Of a stretch of 64,000 nucleotides of DNA, positions 41,218 through 50,794 are shown in pieces. The DNA comes from an uncultured Collinsella sp. GTDB lineage: Bacteria; Actinomycetota; Coriobacteriia; Coriobacteriales; Coriobacteriaceae. A model generated the notes under the pieces. That model was not told the origin of the DNA and ran no database searches. It saw nothing but the letters and a program-made list of their open reading frames with translations. The stretch's first letter is position 1. Every line of letters starts with the position of its first letter. Location: assembly GCA_900541195.1 (NCBI GenBank), contig UQIY01000004.1, positions 2,492-66,491 of the forward strand. The letters are read 5' to 3'. The translations under genes and the position numbers were made by a program.

Positions 41218-42063
41218 ATGGCAGGCCTGTTCAACATCCTTAAGGTCACCGTCAGCGAGGACAAGATCTGCGCGCATGTGCTGGTGAACCCCGGCATGCC
41301 GCTTATGACCTCGGAGGATATCGAGGCCACGGCGCGCGTGTATTACCTAGTGCCCGCGATTGCCAAGCATCTGTGCCTGGGCGATTCCGGTCGCGAATTC
41401 CAGGACTGCATGGGCCAGACCGAGCTTTGCCATCTGCTGGAGCACGTGACGGTCGAGCTCATGAACGAGACCGGCCTCGCTGGCAGCATTTCGTGCGGCC
41501 GCACCCGCGTAAGCGAGCACGATGAGCGTGTCTTTGAGGTCGAGCTTTCGTGTCCCGACGACGCGCTGGCCATCGGCGCGCTGTCTTCGGCGACCTTTAT
41601 GATGGATTGGGCCTACCTGCATGCCGACCAGCCCGCTCCCGATGTGGACGGTACGGTCGCGGGCCTGCGCAACCTAGTGCTGGGCATGCGTGCCGAGGCC
41701 GAGGGCAAGGACCCGCACGAGGCCGTCGCCGCTGCGAACGCCGAGGGCGAGGCCGGGGACGCGACCGAGGACGAGGCGCCTGCCGAGGCTGCCGTCGAGC
41801 CTGCCGATGAGGCCCCTGCCGAGGAGGCCGTCGAGCCCGAGCCCGCGGAGCCCCAGGGCGTCCCGAGCTTTGACGACGAGCCGCAGGAGGCAATCGATAC
41901 CGAGGGCGCGACCGCCGAGAGCCATGAGGCCCCCGCTGCCGTCTACGGTGGCGCGGCGACGGCTTCGGTTGCCCCCGCGCACGAGGGAACGTTGCCGCTC
42001 GTTGACGGCGCCGGCGAAGACCCGGCCGCTACGGTGGCCATGCCGGCCGTGCCGCAGGAGTAG
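41218..42063 (+). CDS. Hypothetical protein; N-terminal domain reminiscent of the cyanophycin synthetase N-domain, acidic disordered tail
   Basis: 281 aa. ..CHLLEHVTVELMNETGLAGSISCGRTRVSE.. resembles the GHIVEHVALELQ...GFGRTR stretch of the CphA N-domain, recalled from memory. The C-terminal half is E/A/P-rich. Confidence 0.5.
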   Translation: MAGLFNILKVTVSEDKICAHVLVNPGMPLMTSEDIEATARVYYLVPAIAKHLCLGDSGREFQDCMGQTELCHLLEHVTVELMNETGLAGSISCGRTRVSEHDERVFEVELSCPDDALAIGALSSATFMMDWAYLHADQPAPDVDGTVAGLRNLVLGMRAEAEGKDPHEAVAAANAEGEAGDATEDEAPAEAAVEPADEAPAEEAVEPEPAEPQGVPSFDDEPQEAIDTEGATAESHEAPAAVYGGAATASVAPAHEGTLPLVDGAGEDPAATVAMPAVPQE

Positions 42064-42142
42064 GCTCACTCGCTTATCACCGTCATGTACCTGCGCCTTT
42101 ACCGTACGCAGATGAGCAAGACGGCAAGCGCTGTGCTGCGGG

Positions 42143-42148
42143 TATAAT
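42143..42148 (+). promoter_or_regulatory. Candidate -10 hexamer (TATAAT) for the ytxH-like gene
   Basis: Perfect TATAAT 46-52 nt upstream of the start, within a 130-bp intergenic gap. No convincing -35. Confidence 0.3.
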
Positions 42149-42193
42149 GGACAGCATTCAAACGGTGGGCGCCGAGGTGCCCGCAGGAGAGGA

Positions 42194-42589
42194 ATGAACA
42201 TGGGTAAGACTTTCAACTTTATCTCGGGTGCGCTCTTCGGTGCTGCCGCCGGCGCCATCATCGGCGTCGCCTTGGCTCCGCGCTCGGGCGCCGAGACCCG
42301 CGCCATGGCTGCCGATATCGCCAACGACGCTTGGGATAACATGCGCGACACCTACGAGCACGGTGCCGAGGAGGCCCGCGCCGCGGTCAACGATTTTGGC
42401 CCGATGGTCGACGCCAAGACCGATGACCTGCGTGCCAAGGTTGACCTTGCCCGCGAGCGCATGGACCAGCTGCGCGAGCAACTCAACGACGCCATCTCGG
42501 GCGGTAACGTGACGCCCGCCGCCGATGTCGTGGTCGAGAACGCCGTCGAGGCCGACGCCGAGGCCGCGGAGCCTTCGACCGAGGCATAA
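42194..42589 (+). CDS. YtxH-domain protein (general stress-type)
   Basis: 131 aa. N-terminal GKTFNFISGALFGAAAGAIIGVALAPRSGAETR is the YtxH pattern. The rest is a predicted helical coiled region. Confidence 0.7.
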   Translation: MNMGKTFNFISGALFGAAAGAIIGVALAPRSGAETRAMAADIANDAWDNMRDTYEHGAEEARAAVNDFGPMVDAKTDDLRAKVDLARERMDQLREQLNDAISGGNVTPAADVVVENAVEADAEAAEPSTEA

Positions 42590-43344
42590 TGCGCGCCGGG
42601 GATTTTGTCGGCGCCAAGATCTATCGCAAGCCTACCGAGGATAAGCGCACCAAAAAGGACGGCACGCCGCGCAGCCCTAAAAAGCTCGGCAAGATTCACT
42701 TTCCGGTCTTTACCCCGGGCGGTACGCGCGTGGTGGGCTTTATGGTCCGCCAGTCCGATATCGCGGGTATGATCGAGCGCCCTGATCGATTTGTGGCGCT
42801 CGATGCCATTGGCGTCTACGAGGGCGCCATCGCGGTTGACGACGTCAAGGGCACCTACGATACCGCTGCGGCCAAGCGCCTCGACATCAACCTGGACGAT
42901 TGCATTATCTGGGTTGGCATGGACGTGCGCACGGAGTCGGGCGATGTCGTCGGCTATTGCTCGGATGTGGAGTTCAAGCCGCGTTCGGGCATCGTGCAGA
43001 CGTTCTACGTGACCGCCGGCACCGCTTCGAGCGTGCTGGTGGGCGACACGCAGATGCCGCCGACGATGTTGCGCGGCTATGCGGACGGCGCGATGATCGT
43101 TTCGGACGAGGTCAAGTCGCTCGGGTATTCGGGCGGCGCTGCTGCAAAGGCTGCCGAGGCAAGCGTCATGGTGGGCGATAAGGTCAAGAAGGGCGCCAAG
43201 GTGCTCGATGACAAGGGTTCGGTCGCCGTGGACAAGGGCAGTCGCGCGCTGGGCAAGCAGCTCGGCAAGACGCGCGGTATGTTCAAGGCCTTTAAGGACG
43301 AATACCAAAAGGCGAGCGGGGGCTCGTCGAAAGCCAGCAAATAG
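42589..43344 (+). CDS. PRC-barrel-like domain protein (two copies), hypothetical
   Basis: 251 aa. The start overlaps the upstream stop (TAATG). Two GxxV.D..G..VG-type stretches (VVGFMVRQSD.., DVVGYCSDVEF). Weak assignment. Confidence 0.45.
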   Translation: MRAGDFVGAKIYRKPTEDKRTKKDGTPRSPKKLGKIHFPVFTPGGTRVVGFMVRQSDIAGMIERPDRFVALDAIGVYEGAIAVDDVKGTYDTAAAKRLDINLDDCIIWVGMDVRTESGDVVGYCSDVEFKPRSGIVQTFYVTAGTASSVLVGDTQMPPTMLRGYADGAMIVSDEVKSLGYSGGAAAKAAEASVMVGDKVKKGAKVLDDKGSVAVDKGSRALGKQLGKTRGMFKAFKDEYQKASGGSSKASK

Positions 43345-43416
43345 CGACGTACCAATTGATGGGAGGCAAGCCGGAGACCTGTTTCTCCGGCTTGCTGCGT
43401 TTATGGGGGAGGGCAC

Positions 43417-44823
43417 ATGCGCCAAAACGGATCATATTCACACGGACGCCCGGGCGCGCATCCGACGGCGCGCCGCGACCTGGGGCAGCTGCCCAGCGGT
43501 CAGCGCAAGCGCCACCGTAAGCCCGGCGCGATGTATCTCAACCATAGCCGCGGCTTTAGCGACCGAAGCGTTCGCATCGGCAACGGCCGCACGCCCCGTC
43601 GTCCGTCTCGCCTGCCCTATGCGCTCATCGCCGTGGGCTGCGCGCTCGTGCTATTTGTCGCCGCCGTTGTGGGCTACGTCAACCGCAGCGTGGATGTCGT
43701 CCTCAACGGCCAGGAGACTGCAGTGCGCGTCGGCTCTACGCTGCAAAATCTCATCGACGACCAGGAGCTGACCGATACCTACGACGCCGGGGATCTGCTG
43801 GCCGTTGACGACAGCGTGCTGACCCGCCATGGCGGCGAAAAGCTGTCGGTAAAGGTGGACGGCAAGCGCATAAAACAGGGCAAGTGGAAAAGCCGCGAGC
43901 TTACGGGCGGCGAGAAGGTGACGGTCAAGGACGGCCGCGACACGTATGAGAAGCACGAGGTCCAGGCGACGGTTATCGAGCCCAAGCTCAAGGTCGAGGG
44001 CACGGGTGCCATCGAGTACGTTAAGACGTGGGGTATCCAGGGTCGCTCCGAGGTGTGGGTCGGCGAGCAGTCGGGCAAGACGCAGGACCGCGGCGAGGTC
44101 GTGCCTGCCACCGATTGCGTGGTCGAGTGCGCGAGCGTGGCGCCCAAGGGCAACGAAAAGTACGTGGCGCTGACGTTTGATGAGGGCCCGAGCGGAGCGA
44201 CCAAGCAGATCTTGCAGGTGCTCAAGGAAAAGGGCGTCACCGCGACGTTCTTCCTGTCGGGCGATGCGGCCGAGGCCTCGCCCGCCATGGCCAAGGCGAT
44301 TGTCGATGCCGGCTGCGAGGTCGGCTCCAACAGTTACAGCGACGAATCGCTTAAGGGCAAGGATCGCGATGCGGTGCGCGAACAGGTTTCGAAGGGCACC
44401 GAGGCGATCAAGTCCGCGACCGGAACGTCGACGATGCTTTTGCGTGCTCCCTACGCAGCCTTTGACGAGCAAAACTGGATTGATGCGATGGACCTGGTGT
44501 CTGCCGTGGTCTCGTGGAATATCGATTCGGGCGACTGGCTGCTCAACGGTGCCGACGAGCAGGTCTCGACGGTGCTCGATTCGGTGACGCCGGGCAACAT
44601 TGTGTTGCTGACCGATAACGATGAATGCGCCGAGCAGACGCTCGAGGCGCTGCCGCAGATTATCGACGGGCTTATTGCCGACGGCTACAAGATCGTGACA
44701 TTGAGCGATCTGGTCAAGACGGATACATCGCTGGGCAAAAAGCTCACCTCGCTGACGAAGGTCACCATGCCCAAAAACGCCGTGTTCCCCCAGCTCGCCG
44801 AAGATGACGACACCACAGACTAG
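43417..44823 (+). CDS. Membrane-anchored polysaccharide deacetylase (NodB homology) with N-terminal DUF348/G5-like module
   Basis: GGGGGAGGG RBS. One TM helix (LPYALIAVGCALVLFVAAVVGYV). The NodB motifs are VALTFDEGPS and ..TFFLSGD. Confidence 0.8.
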   Translation: MRQNGSYSHGRPGAHPTARRDLGQLPSGQRKRHRKPGAMYLNHSRGFSDRSVRIGNGRTPRRPSRLPYALIAVGCALVLFVAAVVGYVNRSVDVVLNGQETAVRVGSTLQNLIDDQELTDTYDAGDLLAVDDSVLTRHGGEKLSVKVDGKRIKQGKWKSRELTGGEKVTVKDGRDTYEKHEVQATVIEPKLKVEGTGAIEYVKTWGIQGRSEVWVGEQSGKTQDRGEVVPATDCVVECASVAPKGNEKYVALTFDEGPSGATKQILQVLKEKGVTATFFLSGDAAEASPAMAKAIVDAGCEVGSNSYSDESLKGKDRDAVREQVSKGTEAIKSATGTSTMLLRAPYAAFDEQNWIDAMDLVSAVVSWNIDSGDWLLNGADEQVSTVLDSVTPGNIVLLTDNDECAEQTLEALPQIIDGLIADGYKIVTLSDLVKTDTSLGKKLTSLTKVTMPKNAVFPQLAEDDDTTD

Positions 44824-44849
44824 TCATGTAAGAACGTCCCCAATGACTA
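44821..44849. repeat. REP-like palindromic element, copy 3
   Basis: TAGTCATGTAAGAACGTCCCCAATGACTA. The stem again begins with the TAG stop of the upstream gene. Confidence 0.65.
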
Positions 44850-45143
44850 TGTCACGGATGCGTCAGCGTTTGGTATGCCTGCGATGTTTGGAGCATAAAT
44901 TTGGCGCCACGGCGCGATGCTGATGCTATAGTTACTGCGGATAACAAGGGTCAAGAGAAAGGCTGCAGGTGAAATCCAAACCTCGACCATACAGTCGATG
45001 ACCCCATGCAGGTGCTTCTTGCGCATGTACGGGGTGAGAGCGCCGAGCGGCGTGCCGCCCGCGCATGCGTATACATATCTAAAAGTCCACGGACGGCGTG
45101 CCGGCATGGCCGCAGTTCGAAGGGATAATGATGGGGAGCACCA

Positions 45144-46988
45144 GTGAATTATCTGAGTGAGATGCTCAAATTGCCGGTCTTGGACGTCGATGGCGAAAAG
45201 CTCGGCGTTGTGAACGATTTTGGCATTGCTACCGGCGAAGTTTTTCCGCACGTAACGTCGCTCGCGTTCCGCGGACCCGGCAAGACGCCGTTTATGATCA
45301 GCTGGCGCAAATGGGTCGACCGTATCGACGAGACGGGCGTACACCTTAAGTCGCCGGCCACCGAAATCCGTTTTTCGTACCTGCAGCCGACCGAACTTTT
45401 GCTCGCGCGCGACGTGCTCAACAAGCAGATTGTCGACACGCAGGGCATGAAGGTCGTGCGCGTAAACGACATCAAGTTTTCCATGTCGGGCGAAAATCAG
45501 CTGCGTCTGCTGGGTGCCGAAGTTGGTGCCCGCGGTCTGCTGCGCGCGATCAGCCCCGCCCTCGAGCATGTCGTCGAGAGCTTTATGAAGCACCTGGGCA
45601 AACCGCTCGGCGAGGACATCATCGCCTGGTCCTATATGGACCTGCTCGACCGTTCGACTAAGAACATCCAGCTGTCGGTGTCGCACAAGACGCTTGGCGA
45701 GCTGCACCCTGCCGACATTGCCGACATTATCGAGCAGCTCGACCCGCGCCTGCGTGCGCAGGTGTTCGCGCAGCTCGATACCGCCCAGGCCGCCGAGGCC
45801 ATCTCGGAGTTCGATGACGACGAGCTTATGACCGAGATGCTCGAGGGCCTGTCCGACACCGATGCATCGTCGATGCTGGCCATGATGGACCCGGACGACG
45901 CCGCTGACCTGATCGACGAGCTCGATTACGAGAAGGCCGAGAAGCTTCTGCGCCTGATGGGCGTTCAGGAGGAGAAGGCGATTCGTAACCTGCTGGGCTA
46001 TGAGGACAACACTGCCGGTCGCATCATGACCTCGGAGTTTGTCTCCCTGCCCGCCACGGCGACGGTCGGTGACGCCATCGAGGCGATCCGCAAGCTCGAC
46101 GAGGACTTCGAGAGCGTCTACTACGTCTATACCGAGGACCCGAGCGGTATGCTCACCGGCGTCCTTTCGCTGCGCACGCTCATCGTGGCCGACCGCGACG
46201 CCACGCTGGGCCAGCTGGCCTATCGCGACCTGGTTTATGTATCGCCCGACGATGACCAGGAAGACGTAACGGACGAGATGACCAAGTACGACCTGGTCGC
46301 CATCCCCGTTTGCGACGAGAACCGTCACATCTTGGGTATCGTGACCTTTGACGACGCCATGGACGTTATCGCCGAGGAGCACCAGGAGGACCTGCAGATC
46401 GCAGGCGTCGGTTCGGGCGATAGCGCGTCCGACGACTCGACGAATGTGCTCAGCTGGTTTGTGCATCGCCAGTACTGGGTTGTCGTGTGGGGTATTGCCT
46501 CGTGCATCATGGCAACAGTGCTGGGGACGGCGCTGGGCTCTGCGCATCTGGTGGTGTTCCCCATGTGCGCCATGCCGCTCGTGCTGCTGGCTGCCTCGCG
46601 TATGGTGTCGTTCGTCAAGAACTACTTCCTGGAGTACGACGGCCATGACGATGAGCCCAAGCCGTATCTGGGGTTCTTCTTCCAGAGCACGGGCATGGGC
46701 CTGATTCTGTCGCTCGTGACCTACCTGTGCGCCCAGCTGGTGCGCACCGCCGCATTCCCCGACGCGTCCATGTTTGAAGAGCAGCTCTTTACCGGCTGCT
46801 TTAACATTGCGGCCATCGTTTGCCTGATTGGCAACATGAGCGCCGTGATTTACCTGATGGTGCTGTTCTGGCGTGACGAGCACGACCTCAATACGTCGGG
46901 TACCGCCATGAACGTCATTGCCGTCATGATTTCATGCGTGGCGTACTGCATCGCCGCGGTGCTGCTCACCATGTCGGTCATGGGGTAG
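45144..46988 (+). CDS. PRC-barrel + MgtE_N + CBS-pair protein with a non-canonical C-terminal membrane domain (MgtE-like sensor/regulator or transporter)
   Basis: 614 aa. ..HPADIADIIEQLDP..AEAISEFDDDE..MDPDDAADLIDEL.. is MgtE_N. A CBS pair (AGRIMTSEFVSL..; AIPVCDENRHILGIVTFDDAMDVI) follows. The C-terminal TM region lacks the usual MgtE pore motifs, as far as I can see. Confidence 0.7.
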   Translation: MNYLSEMLKLPVLDVDGEKLGVVNDFGIATGEVFPHVTSLAFRGPGKTPFMISWRKWVDRIDETGVHLKSPATEIRFSYLQPTELLLARDVLNKQIVDTQGMKVVRVNDIKFSMSGENQLRLLGAEVGARGLLRAISPALEHVVESFMKHLGKPLGEDIIAWSYMDLLDRSTKNIQLSVSHKTLGELHPADIADIIEQLDPRLRAQVFAQLDTAQAAEAISEFDDDELMTEMLEGLSDTDASSMLAMMDPDDAADLIDELDYEKAEKLLRLMGVQEEKAIRNLLGYEDNTAGRIMTSEFVSLPATATVGDAIEAIRKLDEDFESVYYVYTEDPSGMLTGVLSLRTLIVADRDATLGQLAYRDLVYVSPDDDQEDVTDEMTKYDLVAIPVCDENRHILGIVTFDDAMDVIAEEHQEDLQIAGVGSGDSASDDSTNVLSWFVHRQYWVVVWGIASCIMATVLGTALGSAHLVVFPMCAMPLVLLAASRMVSFVKNYFLEYDGHDDEPKPYLGFFFQSTGMGLILSLVTYLCAQLVRTAAFPDASMFEEQLFTGCFNIAAIVCLIGNMSAVIYLMVLFWRDEHDLNTSGTAMNVIAVMISCVAYCIAAVLLTMSVMG

Positions 46989-46996
46989 GTGGTCGC

Positions 46997-48259
46997 GTGC
47001 AAAACACGAAGCAAAAGGCGAGCATCAAGCAAAAGTTGACCATCGCGGCCATCTTTGGCGCCATGGGCCCTGGCCTTCTGGCGGCGCTTTCGGGCAATGA
47101 CGCCGGCGGCATCGCCACGTATTCCAGCGCCGGTGCCAGCTATGGCTACAAGATGCTGTGGATGCTTCCCGTCATGACCGTACTGCTCATCGTGACACAG
47201 GAGACTGCGGCGCGTTGTGGCTGCGTCACAGGCAAGGGCCTGGCGTCGCTCATTCGCGAGCGCTTTGGCGTGCGCAGGAGCGTGCTGGCCATGGCGGCGC
47301 TGCTGATCGCCAACACGGCCGTGACCATCTCGGAGTTTGCGGGTATCGCGAGCGGCCTTGCCCTCTTTGGCGTGCCGGCGAGCATCTCGGTGCCGCTGGT
47401 GGCGCTGCTGGTTTGGATGCTTACCATGTCGGGCAGCTTCCAGCGCATCGAGAAGATTCTGCTGCTGGTGAGCTGCGTGTTTGTGACCTACATCGTCGCT
47501 GCATTTATGGCTGGTCCCAGCTGGGGCGAGGTGGCGGTCGACCTGGTTGTGCCCAACATCCAAAACGACCCCAGTTACGTGTCGCTTGTGGTCGCAACGA
47601 TCGGCACCACCATCGCGCCGTGGATGATCTTCTTGGCGCAGAACAACGTGGTCGATAAGAATGCGGGCGAGGACGATATCGTGCTGCAGCGTATCGACAC
47701 CGTGAGCGGCTCGATTGCCGCCGATGTCATTGCCGGCTTTATTATCATAACGACCGGTACGGTGTTGTTCCCTGCGGGCATTCAGATCAGCGATGCTGCC
47801 GACGCCGCCCGCGCGTTGGAGCCCATCGCGGGCCAGTGGTCCACGGTGCTGTTTGCCTCGGGCCTGGTCGCGGCGAGCTTCTTGGCCGCCTGCGTGCTGC
47901 CGGGCGTTACGTCCAGCGCTATCTGCGAGGCATTTGGCTGGGAGCGCGGTGCCGATCGCAGCTGGGACGAGGCCCCGGTCTATCGCGGCATTATTACGGC
48001 TATCATTGGCATCTCTGCCGTGCTGGTGCTCATGCCCGGCGTCGACCTGTTCCAGATTATGATGACCTCGCAGGTCATCAACGGCGTGCTTTTGCCTGTG
48101 GTCCTGGTGTTCCAGGTGCTTATTGCCGCCGATCGACACATTATGGGCGCCAACCGCAACGGCCGCGTGTGGAATGTGCTCACGTGGGCGACTATCGGTG
48201 TGATTACAGTGCTGACGGTCGTCATGTTTGTGCTGCAGGCGATGGGCTACAGCGCGTAG
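46997..48259 (+). CDS. SLC11/NRAMP-family transporter with NRMT-type (Mg2+-transporter-like) binding-site substitutions
   Basis: The start is uncertain (GTG 46997 suggested). TM1 reads GNDAGG where canonical NRAMPs have DPGN. TM6 reads TTIAPWM where canonical ones have (A)xxMPH. The overall polytopic NRAMP layout is present. Confidence 0.75.
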   Translation: MQNTKQKASIKQKLTIAAIFGAMGPGLLAALSGNDAGGIATYSSAGASYGYKMLWMLPVMTVLLIVTQETAARCGCVTGKGLASLIRERFGVRRSVLAMAALLIANTAVTISEFAGIASGLALFGVPASISVPLVALLVWMLTMSGSFQRIEKILLLVSCVFVTYIVAAFMAGPSWGEVAVDLVVPNIQNDPSYVSLVVATIGTTIAPWMIFLAQNNVVDKNAGEDDIVLQRIDTVSGSIAADVIAGFIIITTGTVLFPAGIQISDAADAARALEPIAGQWSTVLFASGLVAASFLAACVLPGVTSSAICEAFGWERGADRSWDEAPVYRGIITAIIGISAVLVLMPGVDLFQIMMTSQVINGVLLPVVLVFQVLIAADRHIMGANRNGRVWNVLTWATIGVITVLTVVMFVLQAMGYSA

Positions 48260-48276
48260 CGCCTCTATTAGACTCT

Positions 48277-48312
48277 AAACAGGCCGCCGCCATGGGCTGC
48301 GGCCTGTTTTTT
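48277..48312. terminator. Bidirectional Rho-independent terminator between convergent genes
   Basis: AAACAGGCCGC / GCGGCCTGTTT stem followed by TTTTTT. An A-run on the other side serves the minus-strand gene. Confidence 0.75.
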
Positions 48313-48391
48313 GCCCACGGCCTCTCGGAGTCGGCTCGAAAAGAGCGATTTTGGGTTGTTTGCTGCGGGTGGAAGCAGATTTGGCTGCGCG

Positions 48392-50608
48392 TTACTTGTC
48401 GGTGCCTAGCTTGTGCGGTTTGTAGGCGAGGGCGCTGACGAGTGCATCGGCAGCGGATTTGACAGCCGCCGGCTGCGGATCGTTAACGTGATCCTCGGGA
48501 TGCACGGGCAGGTCCTTCTTGACGGCATCGTGGATGAGCTTAAGGTACTCGGTCACACCCGCGTTCGAGAGGTGCGTGCCATCGCCATCGAACAGATCAT
48601 TGCGGTTGGCACTATATCCGTACCAGTCGATAACGCGTACATTCTTGTAGCGCGTGGCGGCGTTGGCGATGGCCTGGTTCGTGGACCCGACCCACGGCTG
48701 CGGGCTACGCGTGTTTACAAATACGACAATACGCTGCTCGCCGGCGTCGGCCATGATCGCGTCGACCTGGGCGTCCGTTACCAAACCGTTGGTGCCCAGG
48801 GCAAAGACCACGATCTTGCCGGCAAGGTTCTGCTGGATATAGCCCTCAAATGTCGCGCGGCCCGCATCAAACTGGCGGCCCTTTTCGGCATCGATATGGC
48901 TGTGCGGGAACACACCGTCAAAGGAATCAACGGCGCGCAGCGACACGGAGTCACCGATCATCAACAGATCGTAGGAGCCATCGGGGAAGCCGTCGTTGTC
49001 CTTGTCGGTGTCGTCGGCCGCCTGCTGGTCGGTGGGCGCGGTGTTTTTGGCTTCCTTGTTCAGAACTTCTGCGCCCTCGCCGCTCAGCGCGGATGTGTCG
49101 GGCACAAAGATCAGGCCGCCCAGTGCAACGACCAACACGACAGTGCAGGCTGCGCAGACAGGGACGTGCGCGCGTGCCCAGTTGGCGGGCGTGGTGGTGC
49201 CATCGCGGAATTCGGCGACGGTGCGGCCGAAGGCACCCTTCCTAAACGGCGTTTCGATAAAGCGATAGGAGCACTCGGCTACGGCGACCACCACAAGTAC
49301 CTGCAAGATGTACTGCCACCAGGGCGTATCGCTGATGTTGGAGACCGGGTTCATAAGCAGCAGCAGCGGATAGTGCCACAGATAGATACTGTACGAGCGC
49401 TTGCCAACCCACACGAGCGGCTCGGCGGACAGCGCGCGGGCAACCATTCCCTGGGGCTGCACGCAGGCCGCGATGACCATGAGCGTGAGGATGGAGCATA
49501 ACAGCGTGCCGCCGCGATACTGAAACGCGGTGTAGCCGTTGGTGAGCGCGACCATGGCGGCAAGGCCAACCAGACCCACGACGCCCAACACATCGATGGA
49601 TGTGGGCGAGGACCAAAAGCGCACGAGGGCGCTCGGCTGTGCCGGAGCGGTATCGGCTGATTCGTCGGCCTTCTTGCCAGGCTTGTCCTCGGCGTTCTTG
49701 CCGTGCTTGGCGGCGCTAGCCAGGCGATTGAGCCCCAAACGATGAGCGAGACGCACCGGCGCCAGGTCGCGATCGGGGATAAAGGCCATCCAGGCACCCA
49801 GCAGCAGCGAGAACACGCGGGTGTCGGTGCCGTAGTACACGCGGCTGGGGTCGGCGGCAGGGTTGTAAAGCACCATCATGGCGAGGGCAGATACCGCGGC
49901 AAGGCCCAGAACCACGCGGCGCGTGTTGGGCTTGCTCACATGCATGGATACCATGGCAAACAGCAGCGGCGGCCAAATCAGGTAGAACTGTTCCTCGATG
50001 GCAAGCGACCAAAAGTGCGTGAGCGGCGAGGGGTCGCCCAGAGCATTGAAGTACGAGACGTTTTGGGCAATCTGCCACCAGTTGTTGAAGAACAACAGCG
50101 ACGGCAGGATGTCGGGGCGCATCTTGGTGAGCATCACGTGGTTAAAGATGGTGCACAGCGCGCAGGTCACGAACACTACCGTTACCACGGCGGGGACCAG
50201 GCGACGGATGCGGCGAATCCAGAAGCTCTTAAGGTCGATGCGGCCGGTCTTAGCGACTTCGTTGAGCAGCAAGCGCGTGATCAGATAGCCCGAAAGCACA
50301 AAGAAGATCGTGACGCCGAGCAGGCCGCCCTGAGCCCACGTGAGGTTGAGGTGATAGAGCACCACTGCGACGACGGCAAGCGTGCGCAAGCCGTCGAGGG
50401 CGGGGATATAGCGAGATTTGGGGCGCGTGGGCGCCTGTTCTTTTGCGGTGCTGTTGGTGCGGTCACCCTTGTTGGCGGGCACGCGATGAGAGCCTGCGGC
50501 GCGGCGCGGCTCGGTGGCTTGTCGGTTAGCGCGCGAACGTTCGTGCGGCGCTCGTTGATCGCTCGCGTGGCGTGAGCTGCGCGAGCTCGATCGCGGGAAT
50601 TGTTCCAT
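48392..50608 (-). CDS. Acyltransferase_3 + SGNH-hydrolase fusion (OatA-like O-acetyltransferase)
   Basis: 738 aa. ..IPALDGLRTLAVVAVVLYH.. begins the 10-11 TM acyltransferase-3 domain. The C-terminal extracytoplasmic domain has LLMIGDSVS (SGNH block I) and DGTHL. Confidence 0.85.
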   Translation of the reverse strand: MEQFPRSSSRSSRHASDQRAPHERSRANRQATEPRRAAGSHRVPANKGDRTNSTAKEQAPTRPKSRYIPALDGLRTLAVVAVVLYHLNLTWAQGGLLGVTIFFVLSGYLITRLLLNEVAKTGRIDLKSFWIRRIRRLVPAVVTVVFVTCALCTIFNHVMLTKMRPDILPSLLFFNNWWQIAQNVSYFNALGDPSPLTHFWSLAIEEQFYLIWPPLLFAMVSMHVSKPNTRRVVLGLAAVSALAMMVLYNPAADPSRVYYGTDTRVFSLLLGAWMAFIPDRDLAPVRLAHRLGLNRLASAAKHGKNAEDKPGKKADESADTAPAQPSALVRFWSSPTSIDVLGVVGLVGLAAMVALTNGYTAFQYRGGTLLCSILTLMVIAACVQPQGMVARALSAEPLVWVGKRSYSIYLWHYPLLLLMNPVSNISDTPWWQYILQVLVVVAVAECSYRFIETPFRKGAFGRTVAEFRDGTTTPANWARAHVPVCAACTVVLVVALGGLIFVPDTSALSGEGAEVLNKEAKNTAPTDQQAADDTDKDNDGFPDGSYDLLMIGDSVSLRAVDSFDGVFPHSHIDAEKGRQFDAGRATFEGYIQQNLAGKIVVFALGTNGLVTDAQVDAIMADAGEQRIVVFVNTRSPQPWVGSTNQAIANAATRYKNVRVIDWYGYSANRNDLFDGDGTHLSNAGVTEYLKLIHDAVKKDLPVHPEDHVNDPQPAAVKSAADALVSALAYKPHKLGTDK

Positions 50609-50794
50609 AAAACATCATCCAATGACGAGAATAATCAGCACGTTTTCATTGTAACCGCCTGCTCCTGTGAATGCTTGCTGCCGGCGCAAGCTCAAGCGCG
50701 CGTCCACATCAAAGTGAACTAAAGTTATAGAGGCGCGAGAGCGCACGATTGACGGCCAACAGCGGGCGCAGAGCCCGCGGACGAGGAGGTTTCC

